In this document: positions 9,442 through 18,891 of the stretch, one piece after another
Layout: every line of letters begins with the position of its first letter
Position numbering within the stretch: position 1 is the stretch's first letter
Virus record (IMG/VR): IMGVR_UViG_3300044729_003472
DNA length: 64,000 nucleotides
Direction: 5' to 3' (one strand)
Source of the DNA: an uncultured virus (IMG/VR IMGVR_UViG_3300044729_003472)
Lineage: Duplodnaviria; Heunggongvirae; Uroviricota; Caudoviricetes
Program-made: the position numbers and the translations under genes
The notes under the pieces: model-generated
What the model was told of the DNA's origin: nothing
The model's input: only the letters and a program-made list of their open reading frames with translations
The model's database searches: none

Positions 9442-10121
9442 TTCATGTGCTGTTGACAATATTCGGTATAGATGCGCTCTCTATGCCATTCTTCCGATTG
9501 TGGTGTGTCGGCGAACTCGTGAAAACACGGTGTACCCAGTGTATAGTGCAGCAGTTTTGCATCTGGATTGGCTCCGTATTCATCTGGTAACCAATTCCAT
9601 TCTGGCGCTAGCTCACCAATGCGATCATCTTCCAGCCATGAGAATCTATGCAGGAAACTGCCTGTGGATCGTTGTACAAATTCTGGAGTGAGTTTGCGAT
9701 TGGGATAGGTGCTGCAATTCCAAAGTATCACACTGCTCCAGTTCTTTCTTGGATAATCTTCGTTCACACTGCCAAGGTATTTTTCTCGGCGTTTGGTTTT
9801 ATAGTCGTGTTTGACCACCATGACATCCTTGCTCATGCTCTGCATATCCCAAAGCTCGGCTATGTCACCACGCACAATCATGTCACCATCAATAAAAATT
9901 GCCCAACCTTGCCAGCCCATGAGATAGGGCACCAAGAATCTTGTGTAGATAAAATGATTGCTGCCGTCTGTGTGCGTTTCTGTGTAGTCTCGAAACAGGT
10001 TCAATGCTACAGGAACAATGGCCACAGGAACGGAACTGTTGCGTATGATACTGTTGACGCAGGTATGATACGCAATGGCTTCTCTTGGGTCATAGCCTAC
10101 AAATATTGGAATTGGTTTCAT
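9438..10121 (-). CDS. Glycosyltransferase (GT8-like, GT-A fold)
   Basis: IFVGYDPRE, FIYTRFLVPYL, IFIDGDM (DxD), YPRKNWSSV, EWNWL, LLHYTLGTP. Confidence 0.8.
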   Translation of the reverse strand: MKPIPIFVGYDPREAIAYHTCVNSIIRNSSVPVAIVPVALNLFRDYTETHTDGSNHFIYTRFLVPYLMGWQGWAIFIDGDMIVRGDIAELWDMQSMSKDVMVVKHDYKTKRREKYLGSVNEDYPRKNWSSVILWNCSTYPNRKLTPEFVQRSTGSFLHRFSWLEDDRIGELAPEWNWLPDEYGANPDAKLLHYTLGTPCFHEFADTPQSEEWHRERIYTEYCQQHMK

Positions 10122-10549
10122 TTTTTACAAACTGATAATATGTATCTGCCGTGTCGATGATGTTTAACACTGCTGTAGAACTTATGCAACAGTGTGTCAA
10201 TGGATGACTCAGTGTATGCTCGACGCCATTCCTTTTTGATCTTGACTGGCAAAGTCAAGATCACACAATTGTCAGCAGCCCGAACCGCATTGTCCAAGGC
10301 CTGATCAGGATTTTCTAAATACTCCAACACTCCTAATACAAGAGCAAGATCAAATTTTTGTTGAAAATCCAGTGGCGTAGAAATGTCAGCTATAATGTCT
10401 GCTGAATACACAATATCAACACCAAGATATTGTGACGGACGGACGTGCTCAAGCACTTCACAGTTACCGCATCCAAAATCAATTATGCTTATATTGTCAG
10501 GAATATAAGTTTTAACAAAACTCCAACGATCACTCCAGGGATTGGCCAT
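10118..10549 (-). CDS. Class I SAM-dependent methyltransferase
   Basis: IIDFGCG, YLGVD, FDLALVLGVLEYL. Confidence 0.75.
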   Translation of the reverse strand: MANPWSDRWSFVKTYIPDNISIIDFGCGNCEVLEHVRPSQYLGVDIVYSADIIADISTPLDFQQKFDLALVLGVLEYLENPDQALDNAVRAADNCVILTLPVKIKKEWRRAYTESSIDTLLHKFYSSVKHHRHGRYILSVCKK

Positions 10550-10555
10550 AATGGG

Positions 10556-11311
10556 TCATCGGCGTTCTATGTCATTTTCTATACAGTTGTCACCAAACTG
10601 TATTTCAATCAGTTTCAATGGCTGATTAGTTTCGTTGCACAGTTGATGCCATTCATTGCGATTGATCCAGCAGTGCTGATGCACCACAAGTTTGCATTTG
10701 GGCTCTATGTCAGTGGCACGATTGAGGGTGTACACCGTGGCTTCGCCTTCGGCCACGAACCAAAACTCTGCTCGCTGATCATGACGTTGCATGCTGAGAT
10801 GTTGTCCCGGCTCCACTGTGAGTTCTTTGAGTTTGGTTTCTGAACCAACTTCATGTAACACTCTATAATAGCCCCAGGTGCGATCAGTGCGCGGACTCTT
10901 CCAGTCCTGAAGAATCCAACTGCTACTGTTGGCTTTGTCTTCTCCGCCTACTCCAAACACAAACTCCACATCATCAAATACCATTTCAGGAATATTGTTG
11001 GCAGTTCTATCGCCGCCGTTGGCAAACACAATCTGATAGGCTGGATATCTTTCACGCACACGTTGGATGGCAGCCTTGGAGCTGCCATCACTGTCGTCAA
11101 AATCTATCACCCAGTCTACACCTTGCATGGCTGACAGCACTGCACCGCGTTCAGACCAGGGCATGAAAGGACGACCTTTTTTGCGTGTCAACCAATCATC
11201 ACTGTTGAGCCCAACTACCAGAATATCACCTAGAGCGCGAGCAGCCTGTAGGTATCGCACATGGCCAGAATGAATGGGGTCAAATCCCCCGGTAACAATC
11301 ACTATTTTCAT
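10556..11311 (-). CDS. Cytidylyltransferase-family nucleotidyltransferase fused to a mannose-6-phosphate-isomerase-type cupin
   Basis: TGGFDPIHSGH, GLNSD, FANGGDR, NSSS in N-domain; RTWGYYRVL, LSMQRHDQRAEFWFVAEG, WHQL, IEIQFG in C-domain. Confidence 0.85.
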   Translation of the reverse strand: MKIVIVTGGFDPIHSGHVRYLQAARALGDILVVGLNSDDWLTRKKGRPFMPWSERGAVLSAMQGVDWVIDFDDSDGSSKAAIQRVRERYPAYQIVFANGGDRTANNIPEMVFDDVEFVFGVGGEDKANSSSWILQDWKSPRTDRTWGYYRVLHEVGSETKLKELTVEPGQHLSMQRHDQRAEFWFVAEGEATVYTLNRATDIEPKCKLVVHQHCWINRNEWHQLCNETNQPLKLIEIQFGDNCIENDIERR

Positions 11312-11316
11312 GTTGA

Positions 11317-11324
11317 TATTTATA
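11317..11324 (-). promoter_or_regulatory. T4-type late promoter TATAAATA, 5 nt before ATG 11311
   Basis: Exact T4 late consensus heading the minus-strand glycan operon. Confidence 0.75.
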
Positions 11325-11340
11325 GACGTATATTTCTACG

Positions 11341-11880
11341 CTAAAAACATTTTTTTAGCATATCATAATTTTTGTCTGGGCTCACAAACCATACATTGTC
11401 TGGCCCAACTTCAAAATTAGGAAAACGTTCGGACACTGCTTGATGAACTGCAGGAAAGTTGATATCGTGTCCTATGAACCATCCTGATGATTTGAGCTTG
11501 GGATTCCAAGCATCTATATCGCGAACTACAGATTTATAACTGTGTCCAGCATCAATAAAATAAAAATCAAGACTGTGATCAGGAACATTGCATGACACAA
11601 TCCAACTTGTGCCTGGCAAAACTTTCAATCGTTCGCCGTAACGGTTTGCAACTGCGCTGTTGTAAAATTGTGAAATGTCTTTGTCGGCTGCCCACATTGT
11701 GAGAGCAGGATTTTGATCCAGCAGATAAAAACTGGTTCTGCCTGTGCGCACACCTATCTCTGCTCCCTGTGTCCAGCCAAAATGTTTGACCAAATCATTG
11801 ATAAACATTTCTCTGCGATTGTGACCACCAACACTGTTGTATGTTTTAGGCACATACAATAATTGTTTGCCTGGCTTCAT
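11341..11880 (-). CDS. Class I SAM-dependent methyltransferase (Methyltransf_24-like)
   Basis: GAEIGVRTG, LDFYFIDAGHSY, GWFIGHD; start moved to 11880 (overlaps uvsY stop). Confidence 0.8.
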   Translation of the reverse strand: MKPGKQLLYVPKTYNSVGGHNRREMFINDLVKHFGWTQGAEIGVRTGRTSFYLLDQNPALTMWAADKDISQFYNSAVANRYGERLKVLPGTSWIVSCNVPDHSLDFYFIDAGHSYKSVVRDIDAWNPKLKSSGWFIGHDINFPAVHQAVSERFPNFEVGPDNVWFVSPDKNYDMLKKCF

Positions 11881-12329
11881 AGTGTGACGTCTTCCATGCC
11901 GGCTGTGCGCAGTCTCACAATGTGACCCATTTGCCACTGTTTGCTGTCAAGACCTTTCAACACGCCTAACCATTTGTTGCGAATCAGTGCAACTTCGTTG
12001 ATAATGGTTTCCATGTCAATGACTTCGTCCTCGCCATCCACATACTTTTCAGCATCTCGAGCGCTGAGAGCTCGAGCATAGGCTTCAAGATATTTTTGAA
12101 AGTGAGTACGGCGAATCTTGCGCAGTCTGATGTTGAGGTATTCAAGCACTGCTTCAATTTCCTGCAGTTGATTGAATCTCTGTTCGGTGATGCCTGGCAG
12201 CTCTTTGATACGATGTTCCAGAACGCCGGAGATCTTGCAGTCGCGTTTGGCCTCCTGTAATTCACGCTCATAGTGAGCGATGAAATCAGGAATATATGAT
12301 AAATCTTGAACTATTCGGCTATACCACAT
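11877..12329 (-). CDS. uvsY: Recombination mediator UvsY-like
   Basis: Helical 150 aa with KYLEAY.RAL.ARDAEKYVDGE and GLDSKQWQMGHIVRLRTAGMED; near uvsX. Confidence 0.8.
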   Translation of the reverse strand: MWYSRIVQDLSYIPDFIAHYERELQEAKRDCKISGVLEHRIKELPGITEQRFNQLQEIEAVLEYLNIRLRKIRRTHFQKYLEAYARALSARDAEKYVDGEDEVIDMETIINEVALIRNKWLGVLKGLDSKQWQMGHIVRLRTAGMEDVTL

Positions 12330-13518
12330 GGTCCAGCCATTTTACAAAACTTTCAGGGAATATGTCAAGTCTCAACTGTCTTCTACGAGCAAACTCCTTG
12401 ACGTAGTTTTGACAATTTTGCTTTTGGACTGGAGTGGGTTCGATCATGATAGATTGTAGAATTAAGTTTTTTGCCTCAGGCGGTAATTGATCCACTGAGT
12501 CCAAAATGATCTGCTTGCTTTGATCATCCATGACATGCAGCGCCAAATAGTCAGGGTCTGTACAGGACGAAAAAGCCGCAGGCACCATGCCAGCCCAGTC
12601 AATGAATTTTTTCAAACCAAAAACTGTGACATTGCTGAGTACACTGTTGAAACTGAAGCTGATACGGCGTTGCTCTATGGCCTCGATGTTTTGTTCAAAA
12701 CGTTTCCAAGAGTTGCCTGCGCGATTGAACTCATATAAGTTGTCGCAGTTTTCGGCACTGACCACTAGACTGACGTTGGGATACATTGACACTGTGTCAA
12801 GATCGCGCTGCAACCGCTTGTTGTCAACTCCAAGGCCTGTCCACACAGTGACAGGAATGGCAAAAGGCATTTGAGCCAAAAGATCCGCAAGATCGTTGTA
12901 CAAAAATGGTTCTCCGCCTGATATCATGATACCACACAGTTTGCCACTGTGTACCAAAGTGCCAATTTCTTTTATCAACAAGCGACGATTGGCAGTGTCA
13001 AGATCGCGTTGGCTAACATGCAGTCGCACACGATCGCGATCATTCAGAATCAGTCTATCATCACGACCTTGCACAGTGTCATAGTCACCGTGTTGTTGTA
13101 CTTCTCTAATCCAGGCTGTGCTATAGTGTTTGCAACAGTAACTACAGGTCATGTTGCAGTCTTTGCCCACCATGATGTTGAGAATCTCAGGATCACTGTG
13201 TAGCTCAGTGTGTGTTACTTTATCACTGTTCATGGTCAGTCGACGACTGGCCACGCCCTGTGATTCTGGTATCCAACATGTTCCGTTACAACTGGCCACT
13301 TGCAGTCCATTGAGCATGGCTGCTCGTTCAGCCAACAATTCAGGTGTGTTAAAAAGTTTTCCTGAATTGCTGCGTAACCAATCAAAGTTCACACGCTGTG
13401 GAGCAGCTGAACAGCAACTCTGCAGTTGACTTTTGTCAAGATCTACACTGAGCCACCAAAATTTTTGACTGCAATAGAATTTTGGGTCTACGTCACTCGT
13501 CCCAATCGGGTTCGTCAT
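12319..13518 (-). CDS. Radical SAM protein with N-terminal twitch/SPASM-like domain
   Basis: CNMTCSYC, SGGEPFL; N-terminal C..CC..CxxxC; start moved to 13518. Confidence 0.85.
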   Translation of the reverse strand: MTNPIGTSDVDPKFYCSQKFWWLSVDLDKSQLQSCCSAAPQRVNFDWLRSNSGKLFNTPELLAERAAMLNGLQVASCNGTCWIPESQGVASRRLTMNSDKVTHTELHSDPEILNIMVGKDCNMTCSYCCKHYSTAWIREVQQHGDYDTVQGRDDRLILNDRDRVRLHVSQRDLDTANRRLLIKEIGTLVHSGKLCGIMISGGEPFLYNDLADLLAQMPFAIPVTVWTGLGVDNKRLQRDLDTVSMYPNVSLVVSAENCDNLYEFNRAGNSWKRFEQNIEAIEQRRISFSFNSVLSNVTVFGLKKFIDWAGMVPAAFSSCTDPDYLALHVMDDQSKQIILDSVDQLPPEAKNLILQSIMIEPTPVQKQNCQNYVKEFARRRQLRLDIFPESFVKWLDHVV

Positions 13519-13729
13519 CGTATTCTTCTTCGTCTTCCTGTTGATCAAGATACGCAGCTAAAGCTCGTTTGATGTCAGCATCGCCTTTGAAAGCGTCACG
13601 AATGTCATCTGGGTCACAGTCATTGTCAATCATGGTGCTGACCACTATTTCTGCTGCTTCGGACCGATCCACTGCTGGAATTAAGTGTTTTAGTTCATCC
13701 CAAAGATCTGTTACCAAAACGTCAATCAT
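13493..13729 (-). CDS. Small acidic hypothetical protein
   Basis: Coupled to the uvsX stop, GGAGG RBS, acidic C-terminus. Confidence 0.65.
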   Translation of the reverse strand: MIDVLVTDLWDELKHLIPAVDRSEAAEIVVSTMIDNDCDPDDIRDAFKGDADIKRALAAYLDQQEDEEEYDDEPDWDE

Positions 13730-14784
13730 TACGCCTCCTCTGTGTCTGGTGTTACTGTGTGGTCTTTGATGTTGGCAAAGTCTGCCATTAATTTATCAAG
13801 GCAACCGTCTTCGTTGCTTTCCCAGGCCTTGCGGAACTGTTTGATAACTTCGCCATCTGTGGTAGTAAATGCCAGACGATTACCATCTTTCTTGAGCAGG
13901 CCTTTTTTCTCAGCCAAGTCAACAAGGCCACTGTAGGGATTCATGCCTGTTTCATAGGGAATCTTGACCTGCACACCTTCAAAGGGCTTGGCATAACGAG
14001 TTTTCATGACCTTGCAGGCACTACGAATACCCATGACATCTGAAATCTTGTTGCCATCTTCGTCCTCTTTGAGCTTGAGTTTCTTCATGGCCACCACAAT
14101 AGAGCTGGCATAGATAAAACCTTGGCCGCCTGAGATCTTGTCATCAGGATCAAACATGTCTTGACTTGCGTAAGTGTGATTGGTACACACCAGGCCCACA
14201 TTGTAGCTACCAAACATGTTGACACAGTTACGAACCAGAGCTGTCAGGGCTTTGGGTTTGCGACCTAGATCGCCTTTGAGATCACCCGAGTCAAACTGAT
14301 TGATGTCTGTGGGTGTCAGCAGCATGCCCAGGCTGTCAATCACAAACAGAACCTTGGGGCGTTCGCCGTCGGGCAAGGCCTTGTATTCTGCCATGAATGT
14401 GCTGATGGTTTTGGCCACATCGTCAATCATGGCCATGCTGAGTTTGAGCAGTTTGCTTTCGTCTGTGCTTACGCCTAGTGCATGCAACCAGGCTTCATCA
14501 AGTGCGTTTTCACTGTCAACCAAAACCACATAGATTCCTTGCTCTTGTGCATTCTTGATGATATTGCCGCTGCAGATATAGCTCTTGCCTGCACCTGATT
14601 CTCCAGCAAACACTGTGACTTTGCCCAGGGGTACTCCGCGGTTGAAGTCTCCGGAAATTAGATAGTTCAGTGCATAGTTGCCGGTAGAGATCCAGTCAGT
14701 GGGATCGTTAAAGCCAATTGATAGTCCATCAATGCTTTTGGTAATTTCTTTTCTAAATTTGCTTACGTCAAAGGGTTTAGCCAT
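13729..14784 (-). CDS. uvsX: RecA-like recombinase UvsX
   Basis: Walker A GESGAGKS, DSENALD, FVIDSLG, NHTY, SGGQG; start moved to ATG 14784. Confidence 0.95.
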   Translation of the reverse strand: MAKPFDVSKFRKEITKSIDGLSIGFNDPTDWISTGNYALNYLISGDFNRGVPLGKVTVFAGESGAGKSYICSGNIIKNAQEQGIYVVLVDSENALDEAWLHALGVSTDESKLLKLSMAMIDDVAKTISTFMAEYKALPDGERPKVLFVIDSLGMLLTPTDINQFDSGDLKGDLGRKPKALTALVRNCVNMFGSYNVGLVCTNHTYASQDMFDPDDKISGGQGFIYASSIVVAMKKLKLKEDEDGNKISDVMGIRSACKVMKTRYAKPFEGVQVKIPYETGMNPYSGLVDLAEKKGLLKKDGNRLAFTTTDGEVIKQFRKAWESNEDGCLDKLMADFANIKDHTVTPDTEEA

Positions 14785-15703
14785 GTTTGTCTGCCTCAAT
14801 AAAATTTAAAATACGTTCAAAATAAATTTGATGCTGCCTGGGTCCTGGGTGTGTTCCATCTTGTGCATAATCAACAAAACCTGCAGTTGAATTTTTTATC
14901 TCATCAACCAAGTCTATAAATCTTGGATACTGTTTCAGCAGTGCCGACATCCAGTTTATGTCCAATAGGTTCACTAGATAAAGTGTGACACCCAGTTTGT
15001 TGCAGAAGTTAATTACCTGCTGTACACTACGCAGGCAAAATAAGGTCTGTGTTTCGCTTTCAAAGTAGTCAATGTTCCAATACCTACGATCGCGATCCAG
15101 TCCAGTATAGGTGTTGACAGTTTCACACTGCATTTGCCAGTCTTGAGCATAGTCGACTCTACCAACATTGGTAAGTCCCCAGATCACAATATCGCCGGGC
15201 CGCAGATCTGCGGTCATGATTTGATCCGCACTCCACCAAACACTGGTGCCACCGCGAGCAAGATTGATCGACGACATGTCCAGAGCCAGTGCCAACCGGT
15301 TGCGCCATTTCTCATGGAGTTCAACATCCAGAGCTTCGGTCATGCTACATCCTGCTGTCCACAACACCGGTGAATCAACATGCCGCACAGATTCACACTC
15401 AAGAGCAGGGCACTGCCAGTCCACTGCAACGCCGCGACGACTCAGTGCATTGAACAGTCGGCCATAGGCAGCAAAGTTATCGTTATTGTGTTTGTCAAAG
15501 TCAAAGTTGACCAATTGCACATCACGTGCTGCCTGCACTGCTGATTCAATGTTGTTGTAGCCAAGGTCCTCCACTGTGGTTTTGAAATTCAACACAGTGC
15601 TGGACGCTAGCATGGCCGCAAGATTTCCTGCTGACAACCATTGAGCATCATTATCATGCCAGGCATGATATTGGTGACTGATGTATAGAGTGTCAATGGC
15701 CAT
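14777..15703 (-). CDS. SGNH/GDSL hydrolase-fold protein
   Basis: AGCSMT, NLARGGTS, DGTHPG (DxxH); start moved to 15703. Confidence 0.6.
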   Translation of the reverse strand: MAIDTLYISHQYHAWHDNDAQWLSAGNLAAMLASSTVLNFKTTVEDLGYNNIESAVQAARDVQLVNFDFDKHNNDNFAAYGRLFNALSRRGVAVDWQCPALECESVRHVDSPVLWTAGCSMTEALDVELHEKWRNRLALALDMSSINLARGGTSVWWSADQIMTADLRPGDIVIWGLTNVGRVDYAQDWQMQCETVNTYTGLDRDRRYWNIDYFESETQTLFCLRSVQQVINFCNKLGVTLYLVNLLDINWMSALLKQYPRFIDLVDEIKNSTAGFVDYAQDGTHPGPRQHQIYFERILNFIEADKHG

Positions 15704-16826
15704 ACAACACCGGAAACACTGCCTGGCTGTTGCATCCACGACGTTGATCCAAGATGGCCAACTGTTTAAGACTGTGTGCAAAATTTTTGGTCACTGGAGT
15801 TTGCAGATATCTCAAAAGATTTTGGTAACTGTTTTCCAACAAGAAACCTGGATTGTCCTCAATGCGTCGCTGTAATTCTTTCACAACAGATTCTAACACA
15901 CTGTCAGGCAAATGTCTAATGTTTAGATGATCTGGCTCCAATAATGCACCAATCACAAATGCATTGGCATGAAAGCCTTGGCAACGTAACCAATCAACAC
16001 AGTCAAATATTGACAGTGGGTTCAGTAAAAAATGCAACATGTTGAAAGTGATGCGGTGTTCCAGTTGTTGAATGTGTTTGAGATTGGTAACAAAATCATT
16101 CCAACTTCCTCCCCAACGAATGTATTCAAACTCATCGTTCATGGATTCTACACTGATGGTCCAATGTACATTTTTGAATTCGCACACTCGTTCAAACACT
16201 TGGGTATCCACCCGACTGAGATTGGTATTGATTCTTATGTTGACATCCGGATTCACTGCTGCCAACAGTTCTAAGTTTTCCTTCATCAACAGTGGTTCAC
16301 CGCCGGCCAAATAAACATGCTTGAGATTTTTGGCCTGATCCAAGATCCACTGTTTGAAATTTTGTTGTTGTTGATCACTGGGGCGGGTTGGCCAAATATC
16401 CAGTTCACTGGCCCAGCGACTGCTGTATTCTGGACTGCAATACACGCAGGCAAAATTGCATAGATTGCTCCAGCGTATGTCAACAGTGTGTAGTTGATGT
16501 TGACCGGGTGTGTACAATTTGGGATTGACCTGTTTTAGTTCGCGAATATAAAAAACTCTGTCGCTAATTATGTTGAACCCGCGAGCATCAGCTTCAAGGT
16601 CTTTACAGGGTTGACAACTTGATACGGCTTGACCATTTACAATTTTGTTCTGACGGTCAAGATTTTCACCTGTGGTCAACAACTGCTCAATGTCATGATT
16701 GGCAATGTTGCCCACAGGTTCACTGCTGCGTATGCAGTTTTTGACAGTGCCGTCATGATTGTACATCACACCAGCCCAAGGCATGGGGCAGAAGTGTGGA
16801 TTGGTCAACATGTCCTTAGGTGTCAT
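15693..16826 (-). CDS. Radical SAM protein with N-terminal twitch/SPASM-like domain
   Basis: CNFACVYC, AGGEPLL, NTNL, YIRWG; N-terminal CPMPW..GTVKNC..CQPC. Confidence 0.9.
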   Translation of the reverse strand: MTPKDMLTNPHFCPMPWAGVMYNHDGTVKNCIRSSEPVGNIANHDIEQLLTTGENLDRQNKIVNGQAVSSCQPCKDLEADARGFNIISDRVFYIRELKQVNPKLYTPGQHQLHTVDIRWSNLCNFACVYCSPEYSSRWASELDIWPTRPSDQQQQNFKQWILDQAKNLKHVYLAGGEPLLMKENLELLAAVNPDVNIRINTNLSRVDTQVFERVCEFKNVHWTISVESMNDEFEYIRWGGSWNDFVTNLKHIQQLEHRITFNMLHFLLNPLSIFDCVDWLRCQGFHANAFVIGALLEPDHLNIRHLPDSVLESVVKELQRRIEDNPGFLLENSYQNLLRYLQTPVTKNFAHSLKQLAILDQRRGCNSQAVFPVLYGH

Positions 16827-17361
16827 AACTAGGTCCAAGGCTTATGTCATACACCTGCAGCGAAGGATCAGTGTCGTACAAAATGGCCATCAAGGTACGT
16901 GTCCACAATTCAAGATCAGCCGAGGGTGGCACTGTTTTTTCCGGAGTGGTTGCAATATCTCCTGGACGCACTAGGTAGATTTTCAATGTGGGATCAATCA
17001 GTCTCAACTGCCGCACAGACTCTTCCAGGGCAACTTTCTGTACTCGATACTGAGCCATGTCATACCCAGGCATCACGCTCACTGGATCCTGTGCCATCAT
17101 GGTAGATATTACCACGATAGATTTGCCAGTGTTTTGCCAACGTTGTGCCACATTCCAAAGCAGTTGTGTCTGGGCGAATCCGCTTTGAGCATTGTTCACA
17201 AACACATCACAGTCGGCCACGGCATTGGTAATTTTTTCTGTGAGATGGATATTTTGGCCAGTTCTGCGACTCAGCCCCATGACCTCGTGACCGCGCTGTT
17301 GATATTCGCGAGCCAAGGCTTGGCCTATGCCATTGGTGTGTCCGGTTATGGCAATCTTCAT
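16816..17361 (-). CDS. Short-chain dehydrogenase/reductase
   Basis: ITGHTNGIG, VFVNNA, YRVQK (YxxxK), RPG. Confidence 0.8.
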   Translation of the reverse strand: MKIAITGHTNGIGQALAREYQQRGHEVMGLSRRTGQNIHLTEKITNAVADCDVFVNNAQSGFAQTQLLWNVAQRWQNTGKSIVVISTMMAQDPVSVMPGYDMAQYRVQKVALEESVRQLRLIDPTLKIYLVRPGDIATTPEKTVPPSADLELWTRTLMAILYDTDPSLQVYDISLGPSYDT

Positions 17362-17939
17362 TGCAGCAACTCCACGGGCTCACGGAAAAAAGTAAAGCTG
17401 GCCACAATTCTGGGCACACCCACAGGATCAACCATCTCCACACTATGAGCACGGCCACTGTTGAACACTATGGGCCAAGGCATGTCTAAAAGTTCGTCGC
17501 ACAAAGTGATTTGATCTTGCGGTATGCCTGAAAGATCATGTACCAAATTACCAAACTGATTGGTGTGTTGTGGGCATTCTTGCAGCACACGAGGTTCAAT
17601 GTGATACCAACGATTGGCCCAACCCACTGTGTTTAGCACAGGAAAATTGATTTTGGCCACCACCGGTGCTTCGTCAATGTGCAAGGGCAGCTGATCATTG
17701 TTTCTGATCACAGTGATCGCACTGTGCCTTGGCATCAGGCTCAGGCTCTTGAACCACAAACCCAATGCAGGCACATGTTGCAACAGTGATCTTGTATCTA
17801 CAAAATTCCAACCAAGATCACCCGTGGTCAACACCGTGGTTTGATTCATCACAAAATCCAAAATACCTTGTGATATTTCTGTTTGTTGATCACAGTGCAG
17901 TCTAGCAAAAGATTTCACTATAATAGTCCTTGTGGTCAA
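17358..17939 (-). CDS. 2OG-Fe(II) oxygenase-like protein
   Basis: LHID (HxD) ... FNSGRAHSV ... PRIVASF; start uncertain. Confidence 0.55.
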   Translation of the reverse strand: MTTRTIIVKSFARLHCDQQTEISQGILDFVMNQTTVLTTGDLGWNFVDTRSLLQHVPALGLWFKSLSLMPRHSAITVIRNNDQLPLHIDEAPVVAKINFPVLNTVGWANRWYHIEPRVLQECPQHTNQFGNLVHDLSGIPQDQITLCDELLDMPWPIVFNSGRAHSVEMVDPVGVPRIVASFTFFREPVELLQ

Positions 17940-18891
17940 TGTTTCTCAGTTGATCTTGCTGTTGCAAAAATCTGTCAAGTTCTTGAGAGTTATCTCTGTC
18001 CACCGCAATCAGTGGCAACAGTGCCTTGCTTTGGCTGTGTGACAGACTCTGTTTGGCAGCCAAAGTAAATCTATTGCGGTAACGCACACTCAACACATCC
18101 GGTGTGTGCAGTAAAGCATAGCTGTGATTGCCTTGTACATGTTCCATGTATTCAAAAATTCTGTCCATGTCCATGACATTGAGCGCATTTACCGTGGTCC
18201 AATGATTTAGCTTGATTCCGGGCATGGATCGATACACTGATAGATTCTGTTCAAAACGTGTCCAGGCTATGGGCCAACGCACGTAGTCATGCACACGACC
18301 AATACCATCAAAACTCACTGTGACTGTTACATCCACACCACTGGCAGCTATTGATTCTAGTTCGTTGATGATCAAACCACAATTGGTATTGACTCTCACG
18401 CTGGTCACACTGGGTGGCAAATTTTGCAACAGTCTGCGATAGTTTGGACTTGCACTGGGTTCGCCGCCGTTGATATCAAGATGAACGATTCTATTCAAAG
18501 GCAATTGCCAAAATTTATTGCTGTTGTCAATCATGACAAAATTTTTGCCATGCAGGCTACCAATTTTGGTACTGAGTTCTTGACTGCAGAACTGACATGC
18601 ACTGTTGCAAACATTGTCTAGCACACCACCAACCACAAGATAATCTGGTTGGGTCTGTTGTTGATGAAAACGTATGGCATGCACACGAATGCTGTCATTG
18701 CCCAGGCTTTCTGTTTCCCTACAGCGTTGACATTCTTCGGGCCACAACTTTTGTTTGATGTTGTACAACCATTCACTGTTGGACATTTCTGTGAGACTGT
18801 CAAACTCCGGAGCGCCCACCATGTGGCCGCAGCGGCTCACAGTGCCGTTGGGATTGAATCTCACAAAGTGATCAAGTCTTGGGCACCACAT
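17902..18891 (-). CDS. Radical SAM protein with N-terminal twitch/SPASM-like domain
   Basis: CNSACQFC, NGGEP, NTN, VSFDG, YVRWP; N-terminal CPR..GTVSRC..CQRC. Confidence 0.9.
   Translation of the reverse strand: MWCPRLDHFVRFNPNGTVSRCGHMVGAPEFDSLTEMSNSEWLYNIKQKLWPEECQRCRETESLGNDSIRVHAIRFHQQQTQPDYLVVGGVLDNVCNSACQFCSQELSTKIGSLHGKNFVMIDNSNKFWQLPLNRIVHLDINGGEPSASPNYRRLLQNLPPSVTSVRVNTNCGLIINELESIAASGVDVTVTVSFDGIGRVHDYVRWPIAWTRFEQNLSVYRSMPGIKLNHWTTVNALNVMDMDRIFEYMEHVQGNHSYALLHTPDVLSVRYRNRFTLAAKQSLSHSQSKALLPLIAVDRDNSQELDRFLQQQDQLRNIDHKDYYSEIFC

Noticed and set aside
13493..13729. Small acidic ORF as a RiPP precursor for the adjacent radical SAM
   Set aside because: Looks like a helical protein coupled to uvsX; no leader/core pattern, RRE domain, protease or transporter seen
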